Assembly (NCBI GenBank): GCA_963712275.1
Contig: CAVQHD010000001.1
Span: 992,001-1,056,000, forward strand
Origin: an uncultured Rhabdochlamydiaceae bacterium
Lineage (GTDB): Bacteria > Chlamydiota > Chlamydiia > Chlamydiales > Rhabdochlamydiaceae
Length of the DNA stretch: 64,000 bases
Direction: 5' to 3'
Shown: positions 9,319 to 21,899 of the stretch, piece by piece
Numbering within the stretch: the first letter of the stretch is position 1
Layout: every line of letters begins with the position of its first letter
Notes under the pieces: generated by a model
What the model saw: the letters and a program-made list of their open reading frames with translations, nothing else
Told to the model about the DNA's origin: nothing
Database searches by the model: none
Position numbers and translations under genes: made by a program

Positions 9319-10503
9319 ATGGCAAAGGAAAAATTTCAAAGAAATAAGCCTCACGTCAATATTGGAACCATTGGTCACGTTGACCATGGAAAAACCTCTC
9401 TAACGGCTGCAATCACAAAAGTGCTCGCAAGTCAGGGAAAGGCAAAATTTCGTGGATATGAAACAATTGACAGTGCGCCCGAGGAAAAAGCTCGCGGGAT
9501 TACCATCAATGCCACCCACGTTGAATACGAAACCGATAAAAGACATTATGCTCACGTTGACTGCCCAGGCCACGCTGACTATGTGAAGAACATGATCACT
9601 GGTGCTGCGCAAATGGACGGAGCGATTCTCGTTGTGGCAGCAACAGATGGTGCGATGCCTCAAACAAAAGAACATATTCTTCTCGCACGGCAAGTCGGTG
9701 TTCCTGCGATTGTAGTTTTCCTCAATAAAATGGACATGATTGGCAAAGGGGATGAAGAGCTTGTGGATCTCGTTGAGATGGAACTCATAGAACTTCTGGA
9801 GTCTAAGGGATATAAAGATGTTCCTATTATTCGAGGCTCTGCCTTAAAAGCTCTTGAAGGTGATCCTCAATATGTTGAAAGCATCAATAAGTTAATGGAA
9901 GCCGTGGATGAAAAAATCCCGACTCCAGTACGTGAGACAGACAAGCCATTTTTAATGCCGATTGAGGACGTCTTCTCTATTTCTGGACGAGGAACTGTCG
10001 CAACAGGACGTGTTGAGCGCGGGATTGTGAAAGTCAACGATAAGCTTCAACTTGTCGGCCTTCGTGAGACACGTGAGACAGTGGTCACAGGCATTGAAAT
10101 GTTCAACCAGATTCTCGATGAAGGCCGAGCAGGAGAAAACGTCGGAATCCTTCTTCGGGGTCTTGAGAAAGATGATGTTGAGCGTGGAATGGTTCTTGTC
10201 GCCCCAGGGACTTGCAAGCCTCATAAAAAGTTCAAAGGGGCTGTCTACGTTCTGACGAAAGACGAAGGCGGCAGACACAAGCCTTTTTTCAAAGGGTACC
10301 GTCCTCAATTCTACTTCCGTACGACAGACGTAACTGGCAGTGTCACTCTCCCTGAAGGGACAGAGATGGTAATGCCGGGAGATAATGTTGAGATTGAAGG
10401 GGAGCTCCTTGTGCCGATTGCTATGGAAGAGGGAATGCGATTTGCGATTCGTGAAGGCGGCCGTACAATCGGGGCTGGAACGGTTACGAAAATCCTTGAC
10501 TAA
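9319..10503 (+). CDS. tuf: elongation factor Tu
   Basis: [24 protein letters not shown]. Confidence 0.99.
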   Translation: MAKEKFQRNKPHVNIGTIGHVDHGKTSLTAAITKVLASQGKAKFRGYETIDSAPEEKARGITINATHVEYETDKRHYAHVDCPGHADYVKNMITGAAQMDGAILVVAATDGAMPQTKEHILLARQVGVPAIVVFLNKMDMIGKGDEELVDLVEMELIELLESKGYKDVPIIRGSALKALEGDPQYVESINKLMEAVDEKIPTPVRETDKPFLMPIEDVFSISGRGTVATGRVERGIVKVNDKLQLVGLRETRETVVTGIEMFNQILDEGRAGENVGILLRGLEKDDVERGMVLVAPGTCKPHKKFKGAVYVLTKDEGGRHKPFFKGYRPQFYFRTTDVTGSVTLPEGTEMVMPGDNVEIEGELLVPIAMEEGMRFAIREGGRTIGAGTVTKILD

Positions 10504-10533
10504 GGAATGCTTTTGGGGAGCTCTGCTCCTCAT

Positions 10534-10606
10534 GGGTGTGTAGCTCAGCTGGTAGAGCAGCGATCTCCAAAGTCGCGGGCCGGGGGTTCGAATCCCTCCG
10601 CACTCG
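10534..10606 (+). tRNA. tRNA-Trp(CCA)
   Basis: GGGTGTG/CGCACTC acceptor, GCGAT-CTCCAAA-GTCGC anticodon arm, GGTTCGAATCC; usual tuf-trnW-secE position. Confidence 0.95.
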
Positions 10607-10626
10607 ATACAAAGAAGTAGGTAGAG

Positions 10627-10890
10627 ATGGGAGTTCAGGTGGACAAGCTCGAGTCTTCTTCAGAAGTGCCGAAGACAGGGGATTCGCGGGCTCGGAAAAT
10701 AGGTTTCTTGCAAGAGCTCAAAAGTGAGTTTAGGCAGGTGACATGGACAACAAAAGATGAGCTTGTGATGTTCACCAAAATTGTAATGGGTGCGACATTT
10801 GCTTTTGGCCTGAGCATTTATGGAGTTGATCTTCTCATCAAAGGTTGTTTAACGGGTTTTAAAATAGTCCTGCGCTTGATTTTTGGGTAA
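10627..10890 (+). CDS. secE: preprotein translocase subunit SecE
   Basis: FLQELKSEFRQVTW, single TM, synteny. Confidence 0.9.
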   Translation: MGVQVDKLESSSEVPKTGDSRARKIGFLQELKSEFRQVTWTTKDELVMFTKIVMGATFAFGLSIYGVDLLIKGCLTGFKIVLRLIFG

Positions 10891-10893
10891 AAC

Positions 10894-11433
10894 ATGCATA
10901 ATTGGTACGTTGTACAGGTGATTTCAAGTCACGAAAAGAAAGTTAAGAAAGCCATTGAAGAGCATCGTGAGTCTCAAGGGATGACCGGTTTAATCGGCGA
11001 TATTCTCGTTCCAACAGAGAATGTTGCAGAGGTTAAACGTGGGCAGCAGAGGGTGAGCGAAAAGCGTCTGTGGCCCGGCTATATTTTAGTGAATATGGAA
11101 TTGACAGATGAATCGTGGATGTATGTCAAAAATACCAATGGAGTGATTGGCTTTTTAGGGGGAGAAAAACCGATGCCGCTTCCTCAACAAGAGGTTGATT
11201 CAATCCTCTCCGAGTTAGAGGAAAAGCGGCAAGGTGTGGTCCATAAACACAACATTCAAGCGGGAGATCGAGTCAAAATTAATGACGGCGTGTTTGTCAA
11301 TTTCACAGGGGTTGTTCAGGAAGTGTTCCATGATAAAGGACGCCTCAGTGTTCTCGTCTCTATTTTTGGCCGCGACACCCGTGTCGATGACCTGGAATTT
11401 TGGCAAGTCGAACAAGTACTTCAAGAAGCTTAG
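10894..11433 (+). CDS. nusG: transcription elongation factor NusG
   Basis: WYVVQV..LWPGYILV, KOW, SIFGRDT. Confidence 0.97.
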   Translation: MHNWYVVQVISSHEKKVKKAIEEHRESQGMTGLIGDILVPTENVAEVKRGQQRVSEKRLWPGYILVNMELTDESWMYVKNTNGVIGFLGGEKPMPLPQQEVDSILSELEEKRQGVVHKHNIQAGDRVKINDGVFVNFTGVVQEVFHDKGRLSVLVSIFGRDTRVDDLEFWQVEQVLQEA

Positions 11434-11482
11434 GACCCGTAAATGAATAACTTCATCAAACTAGAAAGATAAAGAGAAAACT

Positions 11483-11911
11483 ATGGCAAAAAAAGTTGTC
11501 AAAATCATCAAATTGCAAATTCCTGCGGGAAAAGCAAATCCGGCTCCTCCAATTGGACCTGCGCTCGGCGCTGCCAAGGTCAATATCATGGCCTTCTGCA
11601 AGGAGTTTAATGCGAAAACGCAAGCCCAAGCGGGCGATATTTTACCTGTGGAGATTTCTGTTTATGCCGATAACTCTTTCACATTTATCACCAAGCAATC
11701 GCCGGTTTCTCGGCTGATCTTAAAAGAGGTTGGAATTGAATCGGGCTCGAAGGTGCCAAATCGAGATAAAGTGGGGAAGATGAAGAAGTCACAGGTGAAA
11801 AAAATTGCCGAGCAGAAAATGTCAGATATGCGTGTACGTAGTCTGGAGGCAGCAATGCAGCTTGTAATGGGAACTGCCCGCTCCATGGGAGTGGATATTA
11901 TCGAAGGATAA
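11483..11911 (+). CDS. rplK: 50S ribosomal protein L11
   Basis: [15 protein letters not shown]. Confidence 0.98.
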   Translation: MAKKVVKIIKLQIPAGKANPAPPIGPALGAAKVNIMAFCKEFNAKTQAQAGDILPVEISVYADNSFTFITKQSPVSRLILKEVGIESGSKVPNRDKVGKMKKSQVKKIAEQKMSDMRVRSLEAAMQLVMGTARSMGVDIIEG

Positions 11912-11914
11912 ACT

Positions 11915-12607
11915 ATGAAAAGTAAACGGAATCGGGAGATCGCTACCCTCGTCGATAAACACAAGGTTTATAAGATTGAAGAAGCGATCGATATTTTGAA
12001 AAAGGCTCTGCCGGTCAAGTTTGATCAATCGGTGGATCTGGCGCTGAAGACTGGAGTTGATATCCAAAAATCAGACCAACAAGTACGAGGCATTGTCTCA
12101 TTACCGAATGGGACAGGCAAAAAACTGAGGGTTCTTGTCATTGCAAAAGGAGACAAAGTCAAAGAAGCTCTAGATGCAGGCGCCGATTACGCTGGGCATG
12201 ATGACCTTGTTGAAAAGATTAAAGAAGGATGGGTCGATTTTGATGCAGTGATTGCAACACCGGACATGATGCGCGACGTTGGAAAACTTGGGAAAGTGCT
12301 AGGGCCTCGCAATCTGATGCCGAGTCCAAAGGCAGGAACTGTCACCACTGATATCGCCTCGGCTGTCCGTGAAGTTAAAGCAGGACGTATTGAATTTAAG
12401 ACCGATAAATTTGGCGTGATCAGCAATGGGATTGGAAAATTGTCATTTTCTAAAGAAAAATTGATTGAAAATGCAAAAGTTTTTATCTCCGCTATTGCAA
12501 GAGCAAGACCTGCAACGACGAAAGGTCACTATCTGATTTCTTTAGCGATTTCTTCGACAATGGGACCTGGTCTTAAAATTGATATGAGCGGACTCCAGGA
12601 GGGTTAA
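11915..12607 (+). CDS. rplA: 50S ribosomal protein L1
   Basis: [29 protein letters not shown]. Confidence 0.98.
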   Translation: MKSKRNREIATLVDKHKVYKIEEAIDILKKALPVKFDQSVDLALKTGVDIQKSDQQVRGIVSLPNGTGKKLRVLVIAKGDKVKEALDAGADYAGHDDLVEKIKEGWVDFDAVIATPDMMRDVGKLGKVLGPRNLMPSPKAGTVTTDIASAVREVKAGRIEFKTDKFGVISNGIGKLSFSKEKLIENAKVFISAIARARPATTKGHYLISLAISSTMGPGLKIDMSGLQEG

Positions 12608-12610
12608 TCG

Positions 12611-13120
12611 ATGCGACAAGAAAAACAACTACTTCTCGATGATATTCGAGATAAAATTGCTGAATCAAAAGGGTTTATCTTGACGCGTTATCACAAGATG
12701 AATCCTAACATGGCTTCCCAGTTTCGGTTTGACCTTCACAAGGCAGGCGGAGATTTCGAAGTGATGCGCAAAAGGATCCTCCTGAAGGCTGCAGAGGCCG
12801 CAGGGCTAACGTTAGATGCAGCTCAGCTTGAAGGCCATATTGCCGTTGTATTTTCAATGCAAGACCTTCTCCAAACCGCTAAAGCTGTTTTCAAATTCAA
12901 AACAGATAACGAAGAAGTGCTTGAAGTCATTGGCGGACGGTTTGAAGGGAAGCTTTACTCTGCAAAAGATGTCGAAGCCCTTTCCAAACTTCCAACCAAA
13001 CCTGAAATGCAAGCTCAGCTCCTTGGACTCTTTGAAGCAGTGCCTTCACAGCTCCTTGGCGTTATTGATGCGCTGCTGACTAGCACTCTTCACTGCCTAG
13101 ACAATAAAGACAAAAAATAA
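12611..13120 (+). CDS. rplJ: 50S ribosomal protein L10
   Basis: MRQEKQLL, LSKLPTK; synteny. Confidence 0.95.
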   Translation: MRQEKQLLLDDIRDKIAESKGFILTRYHKMNPNMASQFRFDLHKAGGDFEVMRKRILLKAAEAAGLTLDAAQLEGHIAVVFSMQDLLQTAKAVFKFKTDNEEVLEVIGGRFEGKLYSAKDVEALSKLPTKPEMQAQLLGLFEAVPSQLLGVIDALLTSTLHCLDNKDKK

Positions 13121-13131
13121 AGAGGTAAACC

Positions 13132-13518
13132 GTGAGTAAAACATTAGAACAACTCGTTGATGATTTAAGCACACTCAGTGTGCTTGACATGTCGAAATTA
13201 AAGACTCTGCTTGAAGAAAAATGGGGCGTTAAAGCAGCAGCAGCACCCATGATGATGGCAGCAGCTCCTGCTGCAGGCGCAGCTCCTGCCGCAGAGTCGA
13301 CTGAATTCCAAATCACTCTAGAAAAGACAGCTGATGACAAAAAAATCGGAGTGATTAAAGCAGTTCGAGAAATCACAGGACTAGGGCTCAAAGAAGCAAA
13401 AGATCTCGTTGATGGAGCCCCAAAGGTTCTCAAGCCATCTTGTAACAAAGCTGAAGCAGATGAAATCTCGAAAAAGATTACAGCTGCAAATGGCCAAGTG
13501 ACCGTTAAAGGTTTGTAA
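13132..13518 (+). CDS. rplL: 50S ribosomal protein L7/L12
   Basis: Ala hinge, [26 protein letters not shown] start with AGAGGT SD. Confidence 0.98.
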   Translation: MSKTLEQLVDDLSTLSVLDMSKLKTLLEEKWGVKAAAAPMMMAAAPAAGAAPAAESTEFQITLEKTADDKKIGVIKAVREITGLGLKEAKDLVDGAPKVLKPSCNKAEADEISKKITAANGQVTVKGL

Positions 13519-13540
13519 AACAGGAGAGTCATCTCTCTCG

Positions 13541-13603
13541 TTCTCTGTGTCTCTGTGTTTATTGATTTTGTTTTTATCACAGAGACCACAGAGACACAGA
13601 GAA
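13541..13603. repeat. 17-bp inverted repeat (element D) between rplL and rpoB
   Basis: TTCTCTGTGTCTCTGTG / CACAGAGACACAGAGAA, 29-nt spacer, tandem CACAGAGAC. Confidence 0.8.
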
Positions 13604-13683
13604 AATCTGTTTTTAAGGGTTCAAACAGTCGATTTAAGCATTTTAAAGAGGCTGTTTAGACATTTTAAAAGGAGCGATTGGCG

Positions 13684-16600
13684 ATGCTAAAACACGCACC
13701 CGAGCGTATCAGTTTCCGAGAGAGGGAAGAAATTATTGATCTTCCAAATCTCATTGAGATTCAGTTGAAATCATACCGTGAATTTTTGCAGGCGGAGATC
13801 CTTCCGCATGAACGACAAAATGTCGGTTTGCAAGAGGTTTTTAATGAAATATTTCCTATTAAGTCTTATGACGACAAGGTAGTTTTAGAGTACTTATCTT
13901 ATAACCTTGGAGTTCCTAAGTATACGCCTGAGGAATGCATCCGCCGCGGTATCACTTTTAATGTCACGTTGAAAATCAAGTTCCGTCTGACAGATGAAAC
14001 CGGAATCAAAGAAGAAGAAGTGTACATGGGAACGCTTCCGGTGATGACAGAAAAAGGAACGTTTGTGGTGAATGGGGCAGAACGGGTGATTGTCTCTCAA
14101 TTGCACCGCTCGCCAGGGATTTCTTTTGAACAAGAGCGGCATCCAAAAGGAATTATGCTCTACTCTTTTAGGATGATTCCTTACCGTGGAAGCTGGCTAG
14201 AGGCTTCTTTTGACGCCAATGATATGATCTATATCTATGTCGATCGAAAAAAACGTCGACGAAAAATTCTTGCGACATCCTTTATCCGTACCCTTGGCTA
14301 TTCATCCGATGCTGATATTATTGAGGAGTTTTTTTCCACGCTTCGAGTCAAAATCAAATCAGAAAAAGACTTTACAAAACTAGTTGGAAAAATCTTAGCA
14401 GAAGATGTAGCTGATGCAGAAGGGAGCGTTGTCTTTGGAAAAGCCGGAGAAAAGCTGACAACTGCCATGCTGAAGCGGATGCTCGATGCAGGGATTGGGG
14501 CAATTAAAATAGCCGAAGATGCAGATGAAGTTTCCCCCATTATTAAAATGCTCGCGAAAGATCCCACCGACTCCTACGAATCAGCTCTAAAAGATTTCTA
14601 TCGTAAAATACGTCCTGGCGAACCGGCAACCCTTTCTAATGCACGTTCGACGATGATGCGCCTTTTCTTTGACCCGAAAAGGTATAATTTGGGCCGAGTC
14701 GGACGGTATAAACTCAACCGCAAACTGAAACTTCCCACAACAGATCAAGAGCTGGAGATGGTGACCCTTCGAAAGGAAGATGTCATTGGAGCTCTAAAAT
14801 ACTTGATTAGACTTAAAAGAGGAGATAGCGATGTCTCCGTTGACGATATTGATCATCTTGGAAATCGTCGAGTTCGATCCGTTGGAGAACTCGTGCAAAA
14901 CCAGTGCCGTATTGGGCTTGCGCGGATGGAAAAAATTATTAAGGAACGGATTAATCTATTCGATTTTTCAGCAGATACATTGACTCCAGGGAAAGTCATT
15001 TCTGCAAAAGGGCTCGCCGGCGTTCTCAAAGATTTTTTTGGACGGTCGCAGTTGTCTCAATTTATGGATCAAACCAATCCTGTCGCAGAGCTGACGCATA
15101 AAAGGCGACTCTCTTCACTGGGTCCTGGAGGGTTGAATCGAGAACGCGCTGGATTTGAAGTGCGCGATGTCCACCCAAGCCACTATGGGCGCATTTGTCC
15201 TATTGAAACCCCTGAAGGTCCAAACATTGGACTCATCACTTCGCTTTCTTCCTTTGCTAAAATCAATGAACTTGGATTTATTGAAACCCCTTACCGTATT
15301 GTTCGCGAAGGAGTAGTGACGGATCAGATTAAGTATATGACAGCAGACCAAGAGGAGGAATGCGTCATTGCTCAGGCCTCAGCTCCCCTTGATAAATACA
15401 ACATGTTTGAAGAGCAGATGTGCTGGGCTCGCCATAAGGGAGAATCTCTCAAAATTGAGACATCAAAAATCACTCACATGGATGTTTCATCAAAGCAGCT
15501 GGTCTCTATTGTCACAGGGCTCATCCCTTTCTTAGAGCATGATGATGCCAACCGAGCGCTCATGGGATCTAACATGCAGCGTCAAGGCGTTCCTCTTCTC
15601 CAAACCGAGGCTCCTCTCGTTGGAACAGGACTTGAGCATCGAACTGCAAAAGACTCGGGTGCGGTGATTATTGCTGAAGAAGATGGAACAGTCGAGTATG
15701 TCGATGGCTTTAAAATCGTTATCGCTGCAAAGACAAACCCTTTGAATAAACGAACCTATGAACTGAAAAAATTCATGCGCTCGAACGCAGGCACATGCCT
15801 CAACCAAACGCCCATTTGCAATGTGGGTGATAAAGTGAGGGCCGGGGAAGTGATTGCAGACGGCTCCTCGACCGATAAAGGAGAAGTGGCGCTTGGCAAA
15901 AACGTCCTTGTCGCGTTTATGCCTTGGTGTGGATATAACTACGAAGATGCGATTATTATTTCTGAAAATCTATCGAAGAAAGATACCTTTACATCACTTC
16001 TTCTTGAAGAATTTGATTTGACGGCGCGTGATACAAAATTAGGAAAGGAAGAGATTACAAGAGATATTCCAAATATTTCTGAAGAAGCGCTTGCCAATCT
16101 TGGAGAAGATGGGATTATCCGCATCGGAGCTGAAGTGCAGCCGGGAGATATCCTCGTTGGTAAAATCACCCCCAAATCAGAAACGGAACTCGCTCCGGAA
16201 GAGAGGCTCCTTCGAGCGATCTTCGGAGAGAAAGCAGCCGATGTGAAAGATGCTTCACTCACAGCGCCTCCTGGAACTGCAGGGCGCGTCATGGGAGTAA
16301 GAGTCTTTAGCCGAAGAGACCGCCTTTCTAAAACAGACGATGAACTTGTAGAAGAGGCGACCGGCCTAAAAGATGTTCATCAGGAATACAAGAATAAAGA
16401 AGGCGAGCTTATAATGGAGCTCCATGAAAAGCTAGGTGCTCTTCTCCTTGGAGAAAAGGCCCCCGGTTCTATCATGCATCGAAAAACAGGCGATGTGCTC
16501 ATCAAAGAGGGAGAGACGATTACCCAAGAGATGCTTGAAAATCTCGAAGCGGAAAAAGCGGAAGATCTTCTCCTATCGGATCATGAAATTTACGAGACCC

Positions 16601-17475
16601 TCAAACAAATCCTCCGAGAGTTTGATGTCAAGATGGAGACGCTTCAGACGCAGTATAAGACAGAAATTGAGCATATCAAGAAAGGGGACACAGAACTCGA
16701 TCCTGGAGTGATTCGGCAAGTGAAAGTCTATATCGCGACCAAGCGGAAGCTTCAAGTCGGAGATAAAATGGCAGGACGGCATGGAAACAAAGGAGTCGTC
16801 TCTAAAATTGTTCCGGAAGCCGATATGCCGTACCTATCTGATGGGACCCCTGTTGAGATGATTTTGAACCCTCTGGGAGTTCCTTCTCGTATGAATATGG
16901 GACAGCTTTTAGAGACCCATCTAGGCTATGCAGCTAAAAAAGCAGGAATCTACGTTAAGACACCTGTTTTTGAAGGGTTTCCAGAATCGCGCATTTGGGA
17001 GATGATGAAACAAGTTGGCCTCCCGGAAGATGGTAAAATGTGGCTCTATGATGGCCGTACAGGCGAGCGTTTTGATAACCGAGTCGTGGTTGGCTACATC
17101 TATATCCTTAAGTTAAGCCATCTTGTCGCTGATAAGATTCACGCTCGCGCCATTGGTCCTTATTCGCTTGTGACTCAGCAGCCGCTGGGGGGTAAAGCGC
17201 AGTTTGGAGGACAACGTTTTGGAGAGATGGAAGTATGGGCGCTTGAAGCCTATGGAGCAGCCCATCTTCTCCAAGAAATGCTGACCGTTAAGTCAGACGA
17301 TGTGATTGGCCGCACTCGGATTTATGAATCGATTGTTAAAGGGGATAACATCCTGGAAGCGGGAACGCCTGAATCATTCAACGTTCTCGTCAAAGAGATG
17401 CAAGGTCTTTGCTTAGATATTCGCACGGAGGCTGTAGAGCAAGAAGCGGCAGCTGAAGAGAACACAAAGAAGTGA
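13684..17475 (+). CDS. rpoB: RNA polymerase beta subunit
   Basis: [32 protein letters not shown] 13684 chosen from AAGGAG SD. Confidence 0.99.
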   Translation: MLKHAPERISFREREEIIDLPNLIEIQLKSYREFLQAEILPHERQNVGLQEVFNEIFPIKSYDDKVVLEYLSYNLGVPKYTPEECIRRGITFNVTLKIKFRLTDETGIKEEEVYMGTLPVMTEKGTFVVNGAERVIVSQLHRSPGISFEQERHPKGIMLYSFRMIPYRGSWLEASFDANDMIYIYVDRKKRRRKILATSFIRTLGYSSDADIIEEFFSTLRVKIKSEKDFTKLVGKILAEDVADAEGSVVFGKAGEKLTTAMLKRMLDAGIGAIKIAEDADEVSPIIKMLAKDPTDSYESALKDFYRKIRPGEPATLSNARSTMMRLFFDPKRYNLGRVGRYKLNRKLKLPTTDQELEMVTLRKEDVIGALKYLIRLKRGDSDVSVDDIDHLGNRRVRSVGELVQNQCRIGLARMEKIIKERINLFDFSADTLTPGKVISAKGLAGVLKDFFGRSQLSQFMDQTNPVAELTHKRRLSSLGPGGLNRERAGFEVRDVHPSHYGRICPIETPEGPNIGLITSLSSFAKINELGFIETPYRIVREGVVTDQIKYMTADQEEECVIAQASAPLDKYNMFEEQMCWARHKGESLKIETSKITHMDVSSKQLVSIVTGLIPFLEHDDANRALMGSNMQRQGVPLLQTEAPLVGTGLEHRTAKDSGAVIIAEEDGTVEYVDGFKIVIAAKTNPLNKRTYELKKFMRSNAGTCLNQTPICNVGDKVRAGEVIADGSSTDKGEVALGKNVLVAFMPWCGYNYEDAIIISENLSKKDTFTSLLLEEFDLTARDTKLGKEEITRDIPNISEEALANLGEDGIIRIGAEVQPGDILVGKITPKSETELAPEERLLRAIFGEKAADVKDASLTAPPGTAGRVMGVRVFSRRDRLSKTDDELVEEATGLKDVHQEYKNKEGELIMELHEKLGALLLGEKAPGSIMHRKTGDVLIKEGETITQEMLENLEAEKAEDLLLSDHEIYETLKQILREFDVKMETLQTQYKTEIEHIKKGDTELDPGVIRQVKVYIATKRKLQVGDKMAGRHGNKGVVSKIVPEADMPYLSDGTPVEMILNPLGVPSRMNMGQLLETHLGYAAKKAGIYVKTPVFEGFPESRIWEMMKQVGLPEDGKMWLYDGRTGERFDNRVVVGYIYILKLSHLVADKIHARAIGPYSLVTQQPLGGKAQFGGQRFGEMEVWALEAYGAAHLLQEMLTVKSDDVIGRTRIYESIVKGDNILEAGTPESFNVLVKEMQGLCLDIRTEAVEQEAAAEENTKK

Positions 17476-17485
17476 TGAGGGAGAA

Positions 17486-20400
17486 ATGGAAGGATTTCAA
17501 AATTCGCAATTTGATAAGTTGACAATCAAAATTGCTTCAGAAGATGTTGTTCGTAATGAATGGTCGCGAGGTGAGATTAAAAAACCTGAGACAATCAACT
17601 ACCGTACCTTTAAACCTGAAAAAGGAGGATTGTTCTGTGAAAAGATCTTTGGGCCTACCCGTGACTGGGAATGCGCTTGCGGAAAGTACAAAAAAATTAA
17701 GCACAAAGGAATTATCTGCGATCGTTGCGGCGTTGAAGTGACGCTCTCCAAAGTCCGGCGGGAGCGGATGGCTCACATTGATTTGGCTGTCCCTGTCGTG
17801 CATATTTGGTTCTTTAAAACCATGCCATCCCGCATTGGAAATATTTTAGGAATGTCGACATCTGACCTCGAACGAGTGATTTATTATGAAGATTTTGTTG
17901 TCACAGATCCTGGCCGCACAACCCTGGAAAAAAAACAGCTTTTAGATGATAACCAACTCCGTGAAGCACAAGAAAAGTGGGGCTCTGATAGTTTCACAGC
18001 GCGCATGGGAGGGGAAGCGATTCGAGAGCTCCTTGAAAAAGAAGATCTTCAAACGCTTGCGCTTGATCTGAAAGATAAGCTTCGCAAAACCAAGTCAATG
18101 CAAGCGCGGATAAAGCTTGCTAAACGCCTTAAGATTATCGAAGGTTTTGTGGCATCTCCAAATAAAGCCGACTGGATGGTGATGTCATGTGTTCCTGTCA
18201 TTCCACCTGAGCTAAGACCTCTTGTCCCTCTCGATGGAGGACGGTTTGCAACATCTGATTTAAACGATCTCTACAGACGTGTCATTAACCGGAATAACCG
18301 TCTCAAGGCGATTTTAAAACTTAAAACCCCCGATGTGATTGTCCGTAACGAAAAACGGATGCTTCAGGAAGCCTTCGATGCGCTGTTTGACAATGGCCGT
18401 CATGGGACTATTGTGACAGGGGCAGGGAACCGTCCATTGAAATCGCTCTCAGAGATGCTGAAAGGCAAGCAGGGAAGGTTCCGTCAAAACCTGCTTGGGA
18501 AACGGGTTGACTATTCAGGTCGATCTGTCATCGTTGTAGGGCCGGAGCTGAAATTCAACCAATGCGGCCTTCCAAAGCAGATGGCGCTCGAACTCTTTGA
18601 GCCGTTCATTGTTAAACGGCTCAAAGATTTAGGCTATGTCTATACGATTCGTTCTGCCAAGAGAATGATTCAAAGGCAAGCGCCTGAGGTGTGGGATGTT
18701 CTTGACGAGATCATCAAAGGGCACCCTGTTCTTCTCAACCGCGCTCCAACGCTTCACCGCCTGGGGATTCAGGCATTTGATCCTGTCCTCATTGAAGGGC
18801 AGGCGATTCGGATCCATCCGCTTGTTTGCACCGCCTTTAATGCCGACTTTGACGGAGACCAGATGGCTGTTCATATTCCGCTGTCTGTAGAAGCGCAAAT
18901 CGAGGCTAAAACATTAATGATGGCGCCCGATAACATCTTCCTGCCTTCTTCTGGACACCCCGTTACAGTGCCATCCCAGGATATGATCTTGGGTCTTTAC
19001 TATCTCATGCACGATCCGCTCTATAGTCCTGAAGAACATGGCAAAAAGACAAAGCTCTTTGGAAGTACAAATGAAGTCCTTCTCGCTCTCTATGCTGGCA
19101 CGAGCTATAACCGTGAAGAAAAAGGAGTCGCAGATGAGAGAATAGATGACCTGGGCCGAGGCATTCATATTCATGAGAAGATCAAGCTCCGTCTTCCTTC
19201 AGGAATTATTGAAACCACTCCTGGACGTGTCATTTTTAATACCATCATTCCAAAAGAGCTCGGTTTCCAAAACTATGCCCTTCGAAAGAAGAAGTTATCA
19301 GAACTCATCTTAGACACGTATAAGAGAATCGGACTTGAAGCAACTGTTCAGTTCTTGGACAACTTGAAAAATCTTGGCTTTAAAGAGGCAACAAAAGCAG
19401 CCATTTCCATGGGTGTTAAAGATGTTCGAGTTCCAGAGAGTAAACAAAGAGAGATTGAACAGGCGTTTCGCCAAACCGAGGCTGTCTACGAAGACTATAA
19501 GCGTGGTGTCATGACCGACGATGAACGGATGTCGATCAATATCGGCGTCTGGACAAAAGTGACTGAATCTCTTTCAGATGAGCTTGTAAAATTGATTAGC
19601 CGTCCACAAGGGCTCGAACTGAATCCGCTCTATCTCATGATGGACTCCGGAGCTCGGGGAAATAAATCGCAAGTCAAGCAGCTGGGAGCGATGCGGGGAC
19701 TTATGGCAAAGCCATCGGGTGAAATTCTTGAATCCCCCATCACGTCCAACTTTCGGGAAGGACTTTCTGTTCTCGAGTACTTTATTTCATCGCACGGCGC
19801 TCGCAAAGGGCTTGCCGATACAGCGCTTAAAACAGCAGACTCTGGATACCTCACACGCCGTCTTGTCGACGTAGCTCAAGATGTGATCGTGACAGAACAT
19901 GACTGCGGCACGCTGAACGGTATTGAAGTGAGCGCTATCAAGCAAGGGGAAGAGGAGCTTCTCCCTCTGCGAGATCGTATTTTTGGCCGTACTGTTTGCG
20001 ATGCGATTTTCCTTCCTGGGGATCATACGAAACTTCTTGCCAAGTCAGGCGATTGTTTGAACATCAAGCAAGCTGAAGCCATTGATGATGCAGGGATTGA
20101 TGTAGTCAAAATTCGATCGCCACTCACATGCGAGGCTCGGCGGGGCATCTGTATGAAATGTTATGGCCTTAACCTTGCCAACGGAAGCCTTGTAGGAATG
20201 GGTGAAGCCGTTGGAATTATCGCTGCGCAGTCTATTGGCGAACCTGGAACGCAGCTGACAATGAGAACGTTCCACTTGGGAGGTATTGCGTCAGCCACTC
20301 TTACCCCGGAACTTGTCACAGACTTTGAGGGAATCCTTATCTATGAAAACCTCCGTACCGTTCTGAATGAGGAAGGAGTATGGATTGGACTCAATAAAAA

Positions 20401-21640
20401 TGGACTCCTCCATATTGTTCGCGATGAAGGACGGCTGCTCGACGAGTACAAGAAACTTCTTAGCACGAAGTCGATCGAATCTCTTCAAACGTTCAGTATT
20501 GAACCTGGAACACGTATTCTCCTTCCAGATGGATCCAAAGTTCAAAAAAGAGTGAAAATTGCTCAGTGGGAGCAATATAACATTCCCATTATCTGCGAGC
20601 GTCCTGGGTATGTGAAATACGAAGACCTTGTGGAAGGAATTTCAACACAGCAAGAAGTCAATAAACAGACAGGCCAATCGGAGCTGATTGTGAAACAACA
20701 CCGCGGCGAGCTTCATCCGCAAATCATGATCTACGCCGATAAAACATTCAATGAGCTCGTTGGAACATATGCAGTCCCTTCAGGAGCCTTTATTTCGGTT
20801 CAAGAAGGGCAATATGTGGCTGCAGGAACGCTCCTTGCCCGTCTTCCTCGGGGAGCTATTAAGACAAAGGACATCACCGGAGGTCTTCCTCGGGTGGCAG
20901 AGCTTGTGGAGGCAAGGCGCCCCAAGGATAGCGCTGAAATCGCTAAAATCAATGGAAAAGTCAGTTTCCGAGAAGTCCAGAAAAATAAACGTCGAGTTGT
21001 CGTTCGAGATGAAGAAACCGGCATGGAAGAGCAGCACCTGATTCCTCTTTCAAAGCACATGATTGTGCAAAATGAAGACATGGTCGTTAAAGGGCAGCAG
21101 CTCACAGATGGACTTGTTGTTCCTCAGGAGATTTTAGAGATTTGCGGAGTTCGCGAATTGCAAAAATATCTTGTGAACCAAGTTCAGGAAGTCTACCGCC
21201 TTCAAGGGGTTTATATTAGCGATAAACACATTGAAATTATCGTTCGGCAGATGCTCCAGAAAGTACGGATTACAGACCCAGGCGATACCATTTTCCTCTA
21301 TGGAGAAGATATTGATCGGAAGCATTTCCATGCTCAAAACCGTAAAGTCATCGATGAAGGAGGAAAACCTGCGCAAGGAGCTCCCGTCCTCCTTGGAATT
21401 ACAAAGGCTTCTCTGACAACGGAATCGTTTGTCTCTGCCGCCTCTTTCCAGGACACAACTCGAGTTCTCACAGATGCTGCAAGTGAAGGCAAAACCGACT
21501 TCCTGCTCGATTTCAAGTCCAACCTTATCATGGGTCATATGATCCCTGGGGGAACAGGCTTCTCTGCTTATCACAATCGAGTGAAAAAATATCTCGATCG
21601 AAGTGATGAAGAAGCGCTTGAATTCGTCTTCTCCGATTAG
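17486..21640 (+). CDS. rpoC: RNA polymerase beta' subunit
   Basis: Zn-finger, NADFDGDQM. Confidence 0.99.
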   Translation: MEGFQNSQFDKLTIKIASEDVVRNEWSRGEIKKPETINYRTFKPEKGGLFCEKIFGPTRDWECACGKYKKIKHKGIICDRCGVEVTLSKVRRERMAHIDLAVPVVHIWFFKTMPSRIGNILGMSTSDLERVIYYEDFVVTDPGRTTLEKKQLLDDNQLREAQEKWGSDSFTARMGGEAIRELLEKEDLQTLALDLKDKLRKTKSMQARIKLAKRLKIIEGFVASPNKADWMVMSCVPVIPPELRPLVPLDGGRFATSDLNDLYRRVINRNNRLKAILKLKTPDVIVRNEKRMLQEAFDALFDNGRHGTIVTGAGNRPLKSLSEMLKGKQGRFRQNLLGKRVDYSGRSVIVVGPELKFNQCGLPKQMALELFEPFIVKRLKDLGYVYTIRSAKRMIQRQAPEVWDVLDEIIKGHPVLLNRAPTLHRLGIQAFDPVLIEGQAIRIHPLVCTAFNADFDGDQMAVHIPLSVEAQIEAKTLMMAPDNIFLPSSGHPVTVPSQDMILGLYYLMHDPLYSPEEHGKKTKLFGSTNEVLLALYAGTSYNREEKGVADERIDDLGRGIHIHEKIKLRLPSGIIETTPGRVIFNTIIPKELGFQNYALRKKKLSELILDTYKRIGLEATVQFLDNLKNLGFKEATKAAISMGVKDVRVPESKQREIEQAFRQTEAVYEDYKRGVMTDDERMSINIGVWTKVTESLSDELVKLISRPQGLELNPLYLMMDSGARGNKSQVKQLGAMRGLMAKPSGEILESPITSNFREGLSVLEYFISSHGARKGLADTALKTADSGYLTRRLVDVAQDVIVTEHDCGTLNGIEVSAIKQGEEELLPLRDRIFGRTVCDAIFLPGDHTKLLAKSGDCLNIKQAEAIDDAGIDVVKIRSPLTCEARRGICMKCYGLNLANGSLVGMGEAVGIIAAQSIGEPGTQLTMRTFHLGGIASATLTPELVTDFEGILIYENLRTVLNEEGVWIGLNKNGLLHIVRDEGRLLDEYKKLLSTKSIESLQTFSIEPGTRILLPDGSKVQKRVKIAQWEQYNIPIICERPGYVKYEDLVEGISTQQEVNKQTGQSELIVKQHRGELHPQIMIYADKTFNELVGTYAVPSGAFISVQEGQYVAAGTLLARLPRGAIKTKDITGGLPRVAELVEARRPKDSAEIAKINGKVSFREVQKNKRRVVVRDEETGMEEQHLIPLSKHMIVQNEDMVVKGQQLTDGLVVPQEILEICGVRELQKYLVNQVQEVYRLQGVYISDKHIEIIVRQMLQKVRITDPGDTIFLYGEDIDRKHFHAQNRKVIDEGGKPAQGAPVLLGITKASLTTESFVSAASFQDTTRVLTDAASEGKTDFLLDFKSNLIMGHMIPGGTGFSAYHNRVKKYLDRSDEEALEFVFSD

Positions 21641-21644
21641 CAGC

Positions 21645-21763
21645 TTGATCTTCACCACAGAGAGATTGATCTTCACCACAGAGACACGGAGGAGGATGAG
21701 ATTGCACAGAGAGAAGAATTTCTCTGTGCAATCTCATCCTCCTCCGTGTCTCTGTGGTGAAGA
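21645..21763. repeat. perfect 43-bp inverted repeat plus 19-bp tandem duplication (element E) after rpoC
   Basis: arms 21670-21712 / 21721-21763, 8-nt loop; TTGATCTTCACCACAGAGA at 21645 and 21666. Confidence 0.92.
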
Positions 21764-21899
21764 AATGGAAATAAGCATGAATCAACAAAAGTCTAAAATA
21801 TCCATTCTAATTCCCTATGCCCTGACGCTGGGTTTTTTGTCTTTGATTAAATACATCGAAGTGCAGTAGACTAAAGCCAATCTTTCTCCACCAAAATTT

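Noticed and set aside
9400..21679. Many antisense ORFs over tuf, ribosomal protein genes and rpoBC
   Set aside because: Shadow frames of conserved genes with no recognisable motifs
21528..21869. ORFs on both strands sharing FTTETRRRMRLHRE
   Set aside because: Produced by the 43-bp palindrome E; no coding evidence
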